Of a stretch of 64,000 nt of DNA, positions 18,336 through 28,444 are shown piece by piece. The first letter of the stretch is position 1; each line of letters opens with the position of its first letter. The position numbers and the translations under genes are program-made. Source of the stretch: Desulfobacterales bacterium (GTDB lineage: Bacteria; Desulfobacterota; Desulfobacteria; Desulfobacterales; UBA5852); the NCBI GenBank assembly GCA_963674755.2, contig CAXXVS010000003.1, forward strand, positions 288,001 through 352,000, given 5' to 3'. A model generated the notes under the pieces. That model did no database searches and was not told the origin of the DNA. It saw nothing but the letters and a program-made list of their open reading frames with translations.

Positions 18336-19370
18336 ATGCAACCAGGAAGCTATACCGCCATCATCACCCCGTTTGACGGCGATGCGGTGGATTATGACGG
18401 TCTCGATCGTCTGGTCGATTTTCAGATCGTCAACGGCATCACAGGCATTCTGGCCGCGGGGACCACCGGCGAAAGCCCGGCCCTGTCATGGGACGAACAT
18501 AATCAGATCGTGGAACGGATTGCCAAGCGGACCCAAAACAAAGGCCTGTGCATCGCCGGCACCGGCAGCAACAACACACGGGAAGCGCTGGAGGCCACCC
18601 GGCTCGCCGCCCAGGCCGGGGTAGATGCCGTCCTTCTGGTGGACCCTTATTATAATGGCCCCAGCTCTCTGGAAATCCGCCGGGAATACGTGGCGCCCAT
18701 TGCCGCCGCGTTTCCGCAGCTGCAAGTGATCCCCTATGTCATTCCGGGGCGCACCGGCACCCAATTGCTGCCCGAGGATCTGGGTCTCCTGAGCCAACAG
18801 TATGCAAACGTATCCTGTGTCAAGGAAGCCACCGGCAAACTTGACAACATGAGACGGACCCGCACCTGCTGTGGGCCCCAATTTACGATCCTTTCCGGTG
18901 ACGACGGCATGACCTTCGCTATGATGACCGATCCCAATATCAACGCCAGCGGCGTGATTTCGGTGATCTCCAACGTGGTCCCGGGCGCCGTTGCCCAACT
19001 GGTGAAACTTTTGGCGGAAAACAACATCGACCAGGCGGAAGCCCTGAAAAATGATTTAACACCCCTCTTCGGTCTGGTCACCGTCTCCACCACGGAAAAG
19101 ACCCCTTTCGGCCCGGTCACGGCCCGCTTCCGCAATCCCAGCGCCATCAAGGCCTTGATGACCATTCTGGGGATGCCTTGCGGCGGATGCCGCCCGCCCC
19201 TGGGCAAACTGACGCCCAATGCCATCGAAGCGGTCCTGGCGATCGCCCGCAGGGTGCAGGCTGCCAACCCCTCCATTTTCAAACCTTGTGCCGAATTTTT
19301 CGGTGTCGATATCGATGGGCGTCTAAACGACCCGCACAACTGGCAAGACCTGGTCTACGCCGATTATTGA
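18336..19370 (+). CDS. dapA: 4-hydroxy-tetrahydrodipicolinate synthase
   Basis: TAIITPF, GTTGES, GTGSNNT, PYYN, YVIPGRTG, KEATG, LSGDD; ATG 18336 follows CAGGAGG. Confidence 0.92.
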   Translation: MQPGSYTAIITPFDGDAVDYDGLDRLVDFQIVNGITGILAAGTTGESPALSWDEHNQIVERIAKRTQNKGLCIAGTGSNNTREALEATRLAAQAGVDAVLLVDPYYNGPSSLEIRREYVAPIAAAFPQLQVIPYVIPGRTGTQLLPEDLGLLSQQYANVSCVKEATGKLDNMRRTRTCCGPQFTILSGDDGMTFAMMTDPNINASGVISVISNVVPGAVAQLVKLLAENNIDQAEALKNDLTPLFGLVTVSTTEKTPFGPVTARFRNPSAIKALMTILGMPCGGCRPPLGKLTPNAIEAVLAIARRVQAANPSIFKPCAEFFGVDIDGRLNDPHNWQDLVYADY

Positions 19371-19397
19371 AAACAGACACCAGGAGCCAAAAATTAT

Positions 19398-19435
19398 AGC
19401 GGGAAGCAACCTTGTAGGCTGCTTCCCGCTTTTTT
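19398..19435. terminator. Rho-independent terminator after dapA
   Basis: AGCGGGAAGCA..TGCTTCCCGCT followed by a T run. Confidence 0.8.
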
Positions 19436-19468
19436 AGTGGTTTTCAGATTTGGGCCGTACCAACAGAG

Positions 19469-21202
19469 CTATTTCACCCGGCCCTCCCGCCAGGCCTGGA
19501 TCAACTGGTCGTAGTCGACGGTCTCTCCCTTGGGTTTTTCATTGGCCAGCTTGGCTTTGGGAGCCCCGGGCTGGTTCAGCCAGTAAGCCTCGTCTTTCAC
19601 AGGATTAAGTTTGGGCCCGCACTCCCCCTGGGTTCCGGAACGGGCGATGCGCTGCATCACGCGGTCCATCTCCTTGGCCAGATTGTCCATGGCGGTGTTT
19701 ACCGTTACCTCGCCGGCCACGGCCTCGCCGATGTTCTGCCACCACAACTGGGCCAGCTTCGGATAATCAGGCACGTTGACGCCGGTGGGCGTCCAGGCCA
19801 CGCGGGCCGGGCTGCGGTAGAACTCCACCAAGCCGCCCAGTTTGGGTGCCCGCTCGGTAAAGGATTTGTCGCGGATGTCGCTGTCGCGGATGGGCGTCAA
19901 GCCCACATGGGCTTTTTTAAGCGATGTGGTCTTGGCCACGCAGAACTGCGCGAACAGCCAGGCGGCCTTGCGGCGCTCCAGGGGCGTGCTCTTCATGAAC
20001 GTCCATGAACCGCAATCCTGGTAGCCCAGCTTCATGCCCTCTTCCCAATAGGGTCCGTGGGGCGAAGGGGCCATACGCCACTTGGGGGTGCCGTCCTCGT
20101 TCACCGTGGGACCCGGCTCCACCATGCTTGGCAGAAAGGCCGTATACCAAAAAATCTGCTGGGCCACGCTGCCGTTGGCCAGGAAAGGCAGATAGGTATA
20201 AAAATCCATGCCAAGGCTGCCGGGAGGAGCATATTTTCTTAGCCATTCCATATACTTGCGAAGGGCATATTTGGCCGCCGGGCCGTTGGTGGCGCCCCCG
20301 CGGGACACGCTGGCACCCACCGGACGGCAACCTTCCATGCGGATTCCCCATTCATCGACCGGCCGGCCGTTGGGGAGCCCCTTGTCGCCGGCACCGGCCA
20401 TGGACAACCAGGCATCGGTGAAGCGCCATCCCAGATCCGGGGCTTTCTTACCGTAATCGTTGTGACCGAAAATGGCCTTGCCGTCGATCTCCCGGACATG
20501 TTCGGTGAAAAACTCGGCGATGTCCTCGTAGGCCGACCAGTTGACCGGCACTCCCAGGTCATAGCCGTAGATCTCCTTGAACTGCTGCCGGAAGTCAGGC
20601 CGTTTGAACCAGTCGTAGCGGAACCAATAAAGATTGGCGAACTGCTGATCCGGCAGCTGATAGAGTTTGCCGTCCGGGCCGGTGGTAAAGGACTTGCCCA
20701 TGAAGTCATCCACGTCCAGGGTCGGCAGGGTTACGTCCTTGCCCTCGCCGGCCATGAAATCGCTCAGCGGGACGACGTAGCCATAGCGGGCATGGGTGCC
20801 GATGAGGTCGGAATCGTTGATCCAGCCATCGTAAATATTCTCGCCCGAAGCCCACTGGGTCTGGAGCTTTTCGATGACGTCGCCTTCCTGGATCAGGTCG
20901 AAAGACACCTTGATGCCGGTGATCTCTTCGAAGGCCTTGGCCAGGACCTTAGCCTCATACTCATGGGTGGGGATGGTTTCCGAGACCACCTTGATGTTCA
21001 TATCCTTGAAGGGCCGGGCCGCGTTGATAAACCACTCCATTTCTTTCATCTGCTGCTCTTTGGTCAGGGTTGAGGGCTGGAATTCCTCATCAACCCATTT
21101 CTTGGCGGCGGCCATATCAGCCACGGCCGGACCCGCCGCCATGGCAAACATGATCGCCAATGCAACTCCCAGAAGCATGGTCTTTCTCATTTTTACTTGC
21201 AT
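19469..21202 (-). CDS. Glycerol ABC transporter substrate-binding protein (GlpV-like)
   Basis: Signal peptide; EFQPSTL, YQLPDQQFANLYWFRYDWF, PHGPYW, NVPDYPKLAQLWW; lies in the glp locus. Confidence 0.85.
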   Translation of the reverse strand: MQVKMRKTMLLGVALAIMFAMAAGPAVADMAAAKKWVDEEFQPSTLTKEQQMKEMEWFINAARPFKDMNIKVVSETIPTHEYEAKVLAKAFEEITGIKVSFDLIQEGDVIEKLQTQWASGENIYDGWINDSDLIGTHARYGYVVPLSDFMAGEGKDVTLPTLDVDDFMGKSFTTGPDGKLYQLPDQQFANLYWFRYDWFKRPDFRQQFKEIYGYDLGVPVNWSAYEDIAEFFTEHVREIDGKAIFGHNDYGKKAPDLGWRFTDAWLSMAGAGDKGLPNGRPVDEWGIRMEGCRPVGASVSRGGATNGPAAKYALRKYMEWLRKYAPPGSLGMDFYTYLPFLANGSVAQQIFWYTAFLPSMVEPGPTVNEDGTPKWRMAPSPHGPYWEEGMKLGYQDCGSWTFMKSTPLERRKAAWLFAQFCVAKTTSLKKAHVGLTPIRDSDIRDKSFTERAPKLGGLVEFYRSPARVAWTPTGVNVPDYPKLAQLWWQNIGEAVAGEVTVNTAMDNLAKEMDRVMQRIARSGTQGECGPKLNPVKDEAYWLNQPGAPKAKLANEKPKGETVDYDQLIQAWREGRVK

Positions 21203-21369
21203 GAGGTTCCTCCTTTGCGCCTTCGGGGGTGGGATTGGTTTGTTCGGACGGCATCGCCGGCGAGAAGGCTGTATCGCCTGACGAAAAGGGCACGTCCTTT
21301 TTTAAGCCGAGGTGGAGCGACAGTGAACATGAGGGACGTTAAACCGCCTAACGTCCCCATGCGTCGGGA

Positions 21370-21654
21370 CTATGCCCAGCGCATGGCGATAAACACCCAA
21401 ACCACGGAGATCGGCATGGCGTACCACAGATTTGCATCGGTCAGTCCGAGCCAGGCCAGATGAATATAAGCGGTTCCCAACAACCCGATAAAAAAGCGGG
21501 TTCCCCGTGTGGTCGGAATTTTCAGAAATCCGCGGCGCTCGATGGTGGGGGAAACCAGTTCCCAGACGAACATGCCGACTAGCATCAGGAAGATGGTGAT
21601 GAAAAAGATCGCCGTCGGGACCGTCCAATACATCCACGCTAAGCTCATTCGCAT
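21370..21654 (-). CDS. Small integral membrane protein of the glycerol ABC system (GlpU/DUF2160-like)
   Basis: WMYWTVPTAIFF, R.GFL.IPTTRG.RFFI; three TM segments; sits between permease and binding protein. Confidence 0.78.
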   Translation of the reverse strand: MRMSLAWMYWTVPTAIFFITIFLMLVGMFVWELVSPTIERRGFLKIPTTRGTRFFIGLLGTAYIHLAWLGLTDANLWYAMPISVVWVFIAMRWA

Positions 21655-21660
21655 TCCCTT

Positions 21661-22464
21661 CTATACACGACCCAGGGCGAACCCCTTGGCAAGGTGATTG
21701 CGCACGAACCAGATAACCAGAGCCCCCGGTACGATGGTGAGGACACCGTTGGCGGCCAGCAGTCCCCAATCCAAACCCGTGGCGCTGATGGTACGGGTCA
21801 TGGTGGCCACGATGGGTTTGGCCTCGGTCACCGTCAGCGTCCGGGCAAACAGCAGCTCGACCCAGCTGAACATGAAGCAGAAGAAGGCCGTCACCCCCAC
21901 TCCGGCCCGGATGAGCGGAAGGAAGAGCGTAAAGAAAAATCGTGGGAAGGTATAGCCGTCAATAAAGGCGGTTTCGTCGATCTCCTTGGGAACCCCCGAC
22001 ATGAACCCTTCCAGGATCCAGACCGCCAGGGGCACGTTGAACAGGCAGTGGGCCAAGGCCACCGCGACATGCGTATCGATAAGATTCACGGTGGAGTAGA
22101 GTTGGAAGTAGGGCAGCAGGAAGACGGCCGGCGGAGCCATGCGGTTCGTCAACAGCCAAAAGAACATCTGTCCGTCGCCCAGAAATTTATAGCGCGAAAA
22201 AGCGTAGGCGGCCGGCAGGGCAAACGCCAGCGACATCACGGTATTCATGCCAACGTAGATGATGGCATTGATATAGCCCGAGTACCAGGTCGGGTCGGTG
22301 AAGATCTTGATGTAGTTTTTGAAAGTCATGTTGGCGGGATATAAGGAAAACGAACTCAGGATATCGGCGTTGCTGCGCAGGGACATGTTGACCATCCAAT
22401 AGATGGGGACCATGAGCAGCAGGAAATAGAAGAGCAACGCCATGGTTCGCTTGCGTACTTTCAT
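21661..22464 (-). CDS. Carbohydrate ABC transporter permease (glycerol system)
   Basis: EAA loop VPKEIDETAFIDG; multiple TM segments. Confidence 0.9.
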   Translation of the reverse strand: MKVRKRTMALLFYFLLLMVPIYWMVNMSLRSNADILSSFSLYPANMTFKNYIKIFTDPTWYSGYINAIIYVGMNTVMSLAFALPAAYAFSRYKFLGDGQMFFWLLTNRMAPPAVFLLPYFQLYSTVNLIDTHVAVALAHCLFNVPLAVWILEGFMSGVPKEIDETAFIDGYTFPRFFFTLFLPLIRAGVGVTAFFCFMFSWVELLFARTLTVTEAKPIVATMTRTISATGLDWGLLAANGVLTIVPGALVIWFVRNHLAKGFALGRV

Positions 22465-23345
22465 GAAACCTTGTCTCCTTTCCCGACGTTCAGGAGGGCC
22501 TGGTAAAAGATGAAGCTGAATAGCAATACGATGAGGAAATAGATCAGGGAAAACGCCGCCGCCGGTCCCAGATCAAATTGTCCGGTGGCCAGCTTGACCA
22601 GATAGATCGATAAAAAGGTCGTGGAATTGCCCGGCCCGCCGCCCGTGAGGGAAAAGGGTTCGGCGTAAATCAGAAAACTGTCCATCCAGCGCAGCAGCAC
22701 GGCGATGGTCAAAACCCCGCGCATCTTGGGCAGCTGGATATAGCAAAAGATGGCCCAGGGCGAGGCCCCGTCAATTTTGGCCGCCTGGTAATAGGCCTCC
22801 GGAATGGCCCGCAAGCCGGCATAGCACAGCAGAGCCACCAGCGGTGTCCAGTGCCAGACCTCCATGGCCATCAGGGTGATCCAGGCGAAGGAGGGCCGCG
22901 CCGTATGATCGAAGGGCACGTCGAGCAGGTGCAGACTGTTGATGCCGACCCCGAACAGACCGATGTCCGGCCGGGTGAAGATGATCCAGATGGTGCCGAT
23001 CACATTCCAGGGAATCAGCAGCGGGATGGCCAGGGTGACCAGGCTGGCGGAAACCCCCCAGCCCTTTTTGGGCATGGCCAGGGCGATGATGATGCCCAGG
23101 GGAATTTCAATCAGCAGCACCAGACCGGAAAAAAGGAATTGCCGCCACAGCGCATCGTGCAGACGGTAGTCCGTCAGCATCTGTTTGAACCATTCCGTTC
23201 CCACGAAGACGGCGTTGTCCGGGCCAAAAATGTCCTGAACGGAATAGTTGACCACGGTCATCAGGGGTATAATGGCGCTGAAGGCCACCACGACAAACAC
23301 CGGCAGCACAAGGTACCAGGCCCGGTTGTCCTCCCACTTTTCCAT
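22461..23345 (-). CDS. Carbohydrate ABC transporter permease (glycerol system)
   Basis: EAA loop IPEAYYQAAKIDGAS, LTGGGPG. Confidence 0.9.
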   Translation of the reverse strand: MEKWEDNRAWYLVLPVFVVVAFSAIIPLMTVVNYSVQDIFGPDNAVFVGTEWFKQMLTDYRLHDALWRQFLFSGLVLLIEIPLGIIIALAMPKKGWGVSASLVTLAIPLLIPWNVIGTIWIIFTRPDIGLFGVGINSLHLLDVPFDHTARPSFAWITLMAMEVWHWTPLVALLCYAGLRAIPEAYYQAAKIDGASPWAIFCYIQLPKMRGVLTIAVLLRWMDSFLIYAEPFSLTGGGPGNSTTFLSIYLVKLATGQFDLGPAAAFSLIYFLIVLLFSFIFYQALLNVGKGDKVS

Positions 23346-23357
23346 GCCGCTCTCCCC

Positions 23358-24443
23358 TTATCCTACCAGTCGTTCATCGGCATATAGCTTGGTCCGCGAC
23401 GGCGGAAATTTCAGCCAGGCCCTCCGGGATGGCACCGTGTGCCCTTCCGGCAGGCGGGCCCGGATGATATGGTTATTGAGGCCGGCGGTCAGAATCTTGA
23501 AGCTGCCCTGGTCCTCCAGCGCCTTGACCGTTACCGGCACCCCGCCTTCGACGGCTGCATCATGGACCTCCAGATGCATGGGGCGGATGCCCAGTTCCAG
23601 TACACCTTTGGTTTGGGCTCCCCGGGCGGCGGTTTCCGGCAAGAGGCCAATGGTCACGTCGTCGACCCGAGCCATCTGTCCCTCGAGGGTGCATGGCAGG
23701 AAATTCATCCCCGGACTCCCGATGAAATACCCCACGAATTTATGCTGAGGATTTTCAAAAAGTTGCTCCGGCGTGCCGATCTGAACGATTTCGCCCTCGT
23801 ACATGATGATCACCTGATCCGCAAAGGTGAGGGCTTCCACCTGGTCATGGGTTACGTAGATCAGCGTCAGTCTCAGCTGTTCGTGGATTTCCTTGAGCTT
23901 GCGGCGCAAATGCCATTTCAAATGAGGATCGATGACGGTCAGAGGTTCATCGAAGAGCACGGCCGCCACGTCGCTGCGCACCAGGCCCCGCCCCAGGGAA
24001 ATTTTTTGCTTGGCATCGGCGCTCAAACCGGCGGCTTTTTTCCCCAGATCTTCGGTCAGATCGAGAATGTCGGCCACCTCCTTAACGCGGGCGGCCGTAT
24101 CGGTCTTGTTAAAGCCCCTGTTTTTCAAGGGAAACGCCAGATTGTCGTAAACACTCATGGTATCGTAGAGAACCGGAAACTGAAAAACCTGGGCGATGTT
24201 GCGTTTGTCCGGCGGCAGTGCGGTGACATCGACGCCATCGTAAAGCACGTTCCCACGGCTGGGCTTGAGCAGTCCCGAAATGACGTTGAGGAGGGTGGTC
24301 TTTCCGCATCCGGAGGGGCCTAAAAGGGCGTAGGCGCCGCCGTCCTCCCACACCGTATTGATTTCCTTGAGCGCATAATCCGACGGTGTTTTAGGATTCC
24401 GATTGTAGGAGTGAGCGATTTCGACAAATTCGATGCGCGCCAT
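23358..24443 (-). CDS. ABC transporter ATP-binding protein (glycerol system, second ATPase)
   Basis: Walker A GPSGCGKT, FDEP, YVTHDQ. Likely start is ATG 24443 (MARIEF), not 24755. Confidence 0.9.
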   Translation of the reverse strand: MARIEFVEIAHSYNRNPKTPSDYALKEINTVWEDGGAYALLGPSGCGKTTLLNVISGLLKPSRGNVLYDGVDVTALPPDKRNIAQVFQFPVLYDTMSVYDNLAFPLKNRGFNKTDTAARVKEVADILDLTEDLGKKAAGLSADAKQKISLGRGLVRSDVAAVLFDEPLTVIDPHLKWHLRRKLKEIHEQLRLTLIYVTHDQVEALTFADQVIIMYEGEIVQIGTPEQLFENPQHKFVGYFIGSPGMNFLPCTLEGQMARVDDVTIGLLPETAARGAQTKGVLELGIRPMHLEVHDAAVEGGVPVTVKALEDQGSFKILTAGLNNHIIRARLPEGHTVPSRRAWLKFPPSRTKLYADERLVG

Positions 24444-24471
24444 AATCCTCTCCCCGTTGTCGCCAAGCCCC

Positions 24472-25554
24472 TTAAGTGTTGCGCTGGGGTGCGGCCACCA
24501 GGCGGCCCTCGGTGTCGTAGACAAATAGATGCTTCGGATGGATAAACACGGTAATCGTGCTGCCCATGGAAACGGGATACACCCCTTCCTGCTGCACCAC
24601 AAAAGCGCTCTCACCGCGCTTGATATAGACGAAGGTTTCCGAGCCGTTGATTTCGGCAAGATCCACCTTGCCGCTGATCGCGATGTCGCCGTCGCCTTGA
24701 CTGGAAAGCCACAAATGGTTGGATCGGAAGGCGAATTGATAGGATCCCGCTGCAAGTCCGTTCAAATGCCCTACCAAAGGAATGGGGATATCCCCCCCCA
24801 TCACCGCTTGAGCGCCTTCGATCTTGCTTGGAAGGGCGTTGATCGGCGGGTCACTGAAAACCTCGGCGGTTCGCAACATTTCGGGACGTTGATACACCGC
24901 AGCGGTCGATCCGGTCTGCAGCACCCGCCCTTCGTCGAGAACCACGACGTTGCCCCCCAGCATGAGGGCCTCGGAAGGTTCTGTCGTCGTGTAGACGACG
25001 ATAGCGGACCGCTTACGAAAGATATCCTGCAGCTCCTCGCGCAGTTCCTCCCGCAGTTTATAGTCCAGATTGACCAAGGGTTCATCCAGCAACAGCAATT
25101 GGGCATTTTTGACCAGCGCCCGCGCAATGGCTGTGCGCTGCTGTTGGCCGCCGGACAATTCGGCGGGCAGCCGCTGCAATAATCCTTCAAGATGCAGGAT
25201 TTCAGCGGTCTCGCGGACCTTACGGTCAATCTCGGGTTTATTCAGCCCGCTGCGGCGCAAGGGTGAGGCGATGTTTTCATAGACACTAAGGGAAGGATAG
25301 TTGATGAACTGCTGGTAGACCATGGCGACACCGCGTTTGCGCACGGAAACGCCGGTGACATCCGCACCATCCACCAGCACCTGTCCACGGGTGGGTCGGT
25401 CAAGCCCCGCCATGATGCGCAACAGGGTGGTTTTTCCGGCCAGGGTTCGACCTAAAAGGACATTCCGCGATCCGGTCTCAAATTCGAGGCTGATCCCTTT
25501 CAGATGGGTTTCGCCGCCGACGATTTTGTCGACATTGCTAAGCGCCAGCCCCAT
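24472..25554 (-). CDS. ABC transporter ATP-binding protein (glycerol system, first ATPase)
   Basis: GRTLAGKT, LSGGQQQR, LLDEPL. Confidence 0.9.
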   Translation of the reverse strand: MGLALSNVDKIVGGETHLKGISLEFETGSRNVLLGRTLAGKTTLLRIMAGLDRPTRGQVLVDGADVTGVSVRKRGVAMVYQQFINYPSLSVYENIASPLRRSGLNKPEIDRKVRETAEILHLEGLLQRLPAELSGGQQQRTAIARALVKNAQLLLLDEPLVNLDYKLREELREELQDIFRKRSAIVVYTTTEPSEALMLGGNVVVLDEGRVLQTGSTAAVYQRPEMLRTAEVFSDPPINALPSKIEGAQAVMGGDIPIPLVGHLNGLAAGSYQFAFRSNHLWLSSQGDGDIAISGKVDLAEINGSETFVYIKRGESAFVVQQEGVYPVSMGSTITVFIHPKHLFVYDTEGRLVAAPQRNT

Positions 25555-25662
25555 GCCTCCCCCCTCGGCCTTCCAGAGTTCTTAGAATCCGGCTCGCAGA
25601 AACATCTTTTGCAAATTATGAGTATATGCGCGGGATATTATGCCCCATTAGCATGGCCATTT

Positions 25663-25682
25663 TATTTTCGCAAGTGAAAATA
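25663..25682. promoter_or_regulatory. Putative GlpR operator upstream of the ABC operon
   Basis: Palindrome TATTTTCGCAAGTGAAAATA; a similar site lies at 26620-26639. Confidence 0.6.
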
Positions 25683-25693
25683 TAGGTTCGTTT

Positions 25694-26554
25694 TCATTCC
25701 TGATTACCGTCATCGGTACCACCCACCGAATTGACCGGCGGTTGAGCCACATGCAGTTCCACATCGCCCGCGTTCATGACCTCGATCAGGGCCTCGGTGG
25801 GGCGGCGATCGGTAAACAGGGCGTCGATCTCGCCAATGCTGCCCAGCCGCACCATGGCGTTGCGTCCGAACTTGGTATGGTCGGCCGCCAAAAAGACCTT
25901 GCGGGAATTGTCGATAATGGCCCGCGCGGCACGCACCTCACGATAGTCGAAATCGAGCAGGGTGCCGTCCATGTCGATGCCGCTGATGCCGATAATGCCA
26001 TAATCCACCCGGAACTGCTGGATGAAGTCGATGGTCAAGGGCCCTACGATGCCCCCGTCCCGGGGCCGCACCAGGCCGCCGGCCACGATGATTTCGAAGT
26101 GATCGTTGCCGGCCAGGATGGAGGCCACGTTGAGGCTGTTGGTGATCACCCGCAGTCGCTCGCGTCCGCAGAGCAGCTTGGCAATCTCCTCGGTCGTCGT
26201 GCCGATATTGATAAAAAGGGAGGCGTGGTCCGGTATGCAGGCCGCCACCATGCGGGCGATCTGCTCTTTCTCCTTGAGGCACAGAACTTTGCGCTGGGTA
26301 TAGGCCACATTTTCCGTACTGGGCGGCAAGCCGGCCCCCCCATGATAGCGGTGGATAAGCCCCTCGCGGCTGAGAATATTGATATCCCGGCGAATGGTCT
26401 GGGGTGTGACCTCGAATTGGGCCGCCAGGTGTTCGATGGTGATAAAACCTTTGGCGCGCACCAGATGCTGAATCTTGGCATGCCGCTCTCTTACCGGAGC
26501 GGATTTGCCGGTGGTTTCGGGGGGATCTTGGGCGGGATCTTTTTTTGATTTCAT
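25694..26554 (-). CDS. glpR: DeoR/GlpR family transcriptional repressor
   Basis: HTH VTPQTIRRD, RYHGGA, NIGTTTE, ITNSL, ADHTKFGR; central in the glycerol locus. Confidence 0.9.
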   Translation of the reverse strand: MKSKKDPAQDPPETTGKSAPVRERHAKIQHLVRAKGFITIEHLAAQFEVTPQTIRRDINILSREGLIHRYHGGAGLPPSTENVAYTQRKVLCLKEKEQIARMVAACIPDHASLFINIGTTTEEIAKLLCGRERLRVITNSLNVASILAGNDHFEIIVAGGLVRPRDGGIVGPLTIDFIQQFRVDYGIIGISGIDMDGTLLDFDYREVRAARAIIDNSRKVFLAADHTKFGRNAMVRLGSIGEIDALFTDRRPTEALIEVMNAGDVELHVAQPPVNSVGGTDDGNQE

Positions 26555-26619
26555 CTTCTGGTTTTCTCACGATTTATCGTTGATCATCGGGACCCCTTCA
26601 CGGGGTTGAACCGCTTATC

Positions 26620-26639
26620 AATGTTCGTTTATGAAAATA
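26620..26639. promoter_or_regulatory. Putative GlpR operator between the divergent glpR and glpA
   Basis: AATGTTCGTTTATGAAAATA; the left half resembles the E. coli GlpR half-site WATGTTCGWT. Confidence 0.6.
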
Positions 26640-26787
26640 TTCGGTCAAAATTGTGGCTTAAAGAAAATTATCGTGACAAAATTTGCCGGGTATGCTAGGA
26701 AATCGCCAGTCATATGGCGCTTATTTGAGCAAAAATGAGGCGTCTCTGGGCCGTAACATGCACCATTTTTTTTCACAAGAGAAAATA

Positions 26788-28422
26788 ATGGCTGCCCTTT
26801 GGCCCGCCTCAAACTCAACGCATCAACATCCGAGGTCCGCTTTGGAAACCCAGGTACTCATCATCGGCGGCGGGGTCACCGGGACCGGCTTGGCCCGTGA
26901 TCTGACGTTGCGGGGGGTTGCCTGCCTTCTGGTGGAAAAGCAGGATATCAATGCCGGCGCCTCGGGCGGCAATCACGGCCTGCTGCACAGCGGCGCCCGC
27001 TATATCGCATCCGACCCGGCCGCCGCGGCCGAATGCCACCGGGAAAACCTGCTGTTGAAACAATTGGCGCCCCACTGCATTGAAGACACCGGCGGCCTTT
27101 TTGTGGCCGTGGCCGGCGACGACGAAAACTATGTCGCCGATTTTCCCGCCAAGTGCGCGGTCTGCGGTATTCCAGCCAGGCCTCTGACGCCCACAGAGGC
27201 CCGCCAGATGGAACCGGCCCTGTCCAAGGACATCATCGCCGCCTATGCCGTGGATGATGCCGCCATCGACCCCTTCAAGCTCTCCCTGGATAACTTGGCC
27301 CAAGCTCGGCAAAACGGCTGTCAGCTCATGCGTTTTTCCCAGGTGACGGGCATTGCGACCCGCTCCGGTCGCATCCAGACCGTCCAGGTGCGCAACCACC
27401 TGACGGGCCGCGCAACCGACATCCGCGCCGACGTCGTGGTCAATGCCGCCGGTGCCTGGGCCGGTCAGGTGGCGGCCCTGGCCGGCATTCCGATCCACAT
27501 CCGCTATTCCAAAGGCAGTCTGCTCGTTACCCACCATCGTATCGGGGGCCGGGTCATCAATCGCCTGCGCAAGGCCACCGACGGCGACATTCTGGTCCCC
27601 GGGGGTACGGTCTCAATTTTAGGGACAACCTCCGAACGCTGCACCTCGCCGGATGACATCCATCCGAAAGTGCATGAAGTGGACCACATTATCGACGAGG
27701 GCGCGGCCATGATTCCGGCACTGGCCACCATCCGCTATATCAGGGCCTATTGCGGGGTGCGCCCCTTGATCAGCAGTTCCGACGAGGGGGATGATCGCAG
27801 TGTCAGCCGCGGCTATGCTTTAATCGACCACGCCACGGAAGATCCCGGCCTGGAAAACTTCATTACGATATCGGGCGGCAAGCTGACCACCTTTCGACTG
27901 ATGGCCGAAAAGACGGCCGATCGGGTGTGCCGCCGGCTGAGTCATTGCAGCCCTTGCCGTACCCACTGCGATCCGCTGCCCCAGACGGTCGATGCCCGCT
28001 GGACCGAACCGGGCCTGGCGCCCAGCCTGTGGGTTCAAAACAACGACTCCCGGGATATACTCCTGTGCGAATGCGAAATGGTGCCCCAAAGCGTGGTGGA
28101 CCAGATTGTCCAGTCCATTCGCAACCAGAACGGCCATCCCAGCCTGAACGCCATCGGGCTGCGCAGCCGGATCGGCAAGGGGCCTTGCCAGGGCACCTTC
28201 TGCAGCCAGCGGCTGGCCGCCTATTTATACGATTTGGGAGCGCTGACCCATGACCAGGGCCTTCACGAGCTGCGCCAGTTTCTGGAGAAGCGCTGGCGGG
28301 GCCAGCAACCCCTTTTATGGGATATATCCCTGGCCCAGGCCGAGCTGCTGGAGGCCATGCACAGCGGCCTGTTTGGGCTGGAGCAGGTGGATGCCCCACC
28401 GCCCGGCGATGACCGGCCTTGA
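26788..28422 (+). CDS. glpA: Anaerobic glycerol-3-phosphate dehydrogenase subunit A
   Basis: IIGGGVTG, NHGLLHSGARY, GVRPL, GGKLTTFRLMAE, BFD-like CECE...GPCQGTFC. Start uncertain (26683-26788). Confidence 0.92.
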   Translation: MAALWPASNSTHQHPRSALETQVLIIGGGVTGTGLARDLTLRGVACLLVEKQDINAGASGGNHGLLHSGARYIASDPAAAAECHRENLLLKQLAPHCIEDTGGLFVAVAGDDENYVADFPAKCAVCGIPARPLTPTEARQMEPALSKDIIAAYAVDDAAIDPFKLSLDNLAQARQNGCQLMRFSQVTGIATRSGRIQTVQVRNHLTGRATDIRADVVVNAAGAWAGQVAALAGIPIHIRYSKGSLLVTHHRIGGRVINRLRKATDGDILVPGGTVSILGTTSERCTSPDDIHPKVHEVDHIIDEGAAMIPALATIRYIRAYCGVRPLISSSDEGDDRSVSRGYALIDHATEDPGLENFITISGGKLTTFRLMAEKTADRVCRRLSHCSPCRTHCDPLPQTVDARWTEPGLAPSLWVQNNDSRDILLCECEMVPQSVVDQIVQSIRNQNGHPSLNAIGLRSRIGKGPCQGTFCSQRLAAYLYDLGALTHDQGLHELRQFLEKRWRGQQPLLWDISLAQAELLEAMHSGLFGLEQVDAPPPGDDRP

Positions 28423-28444
28423 CGACAACGGCTAAAATACGTCC

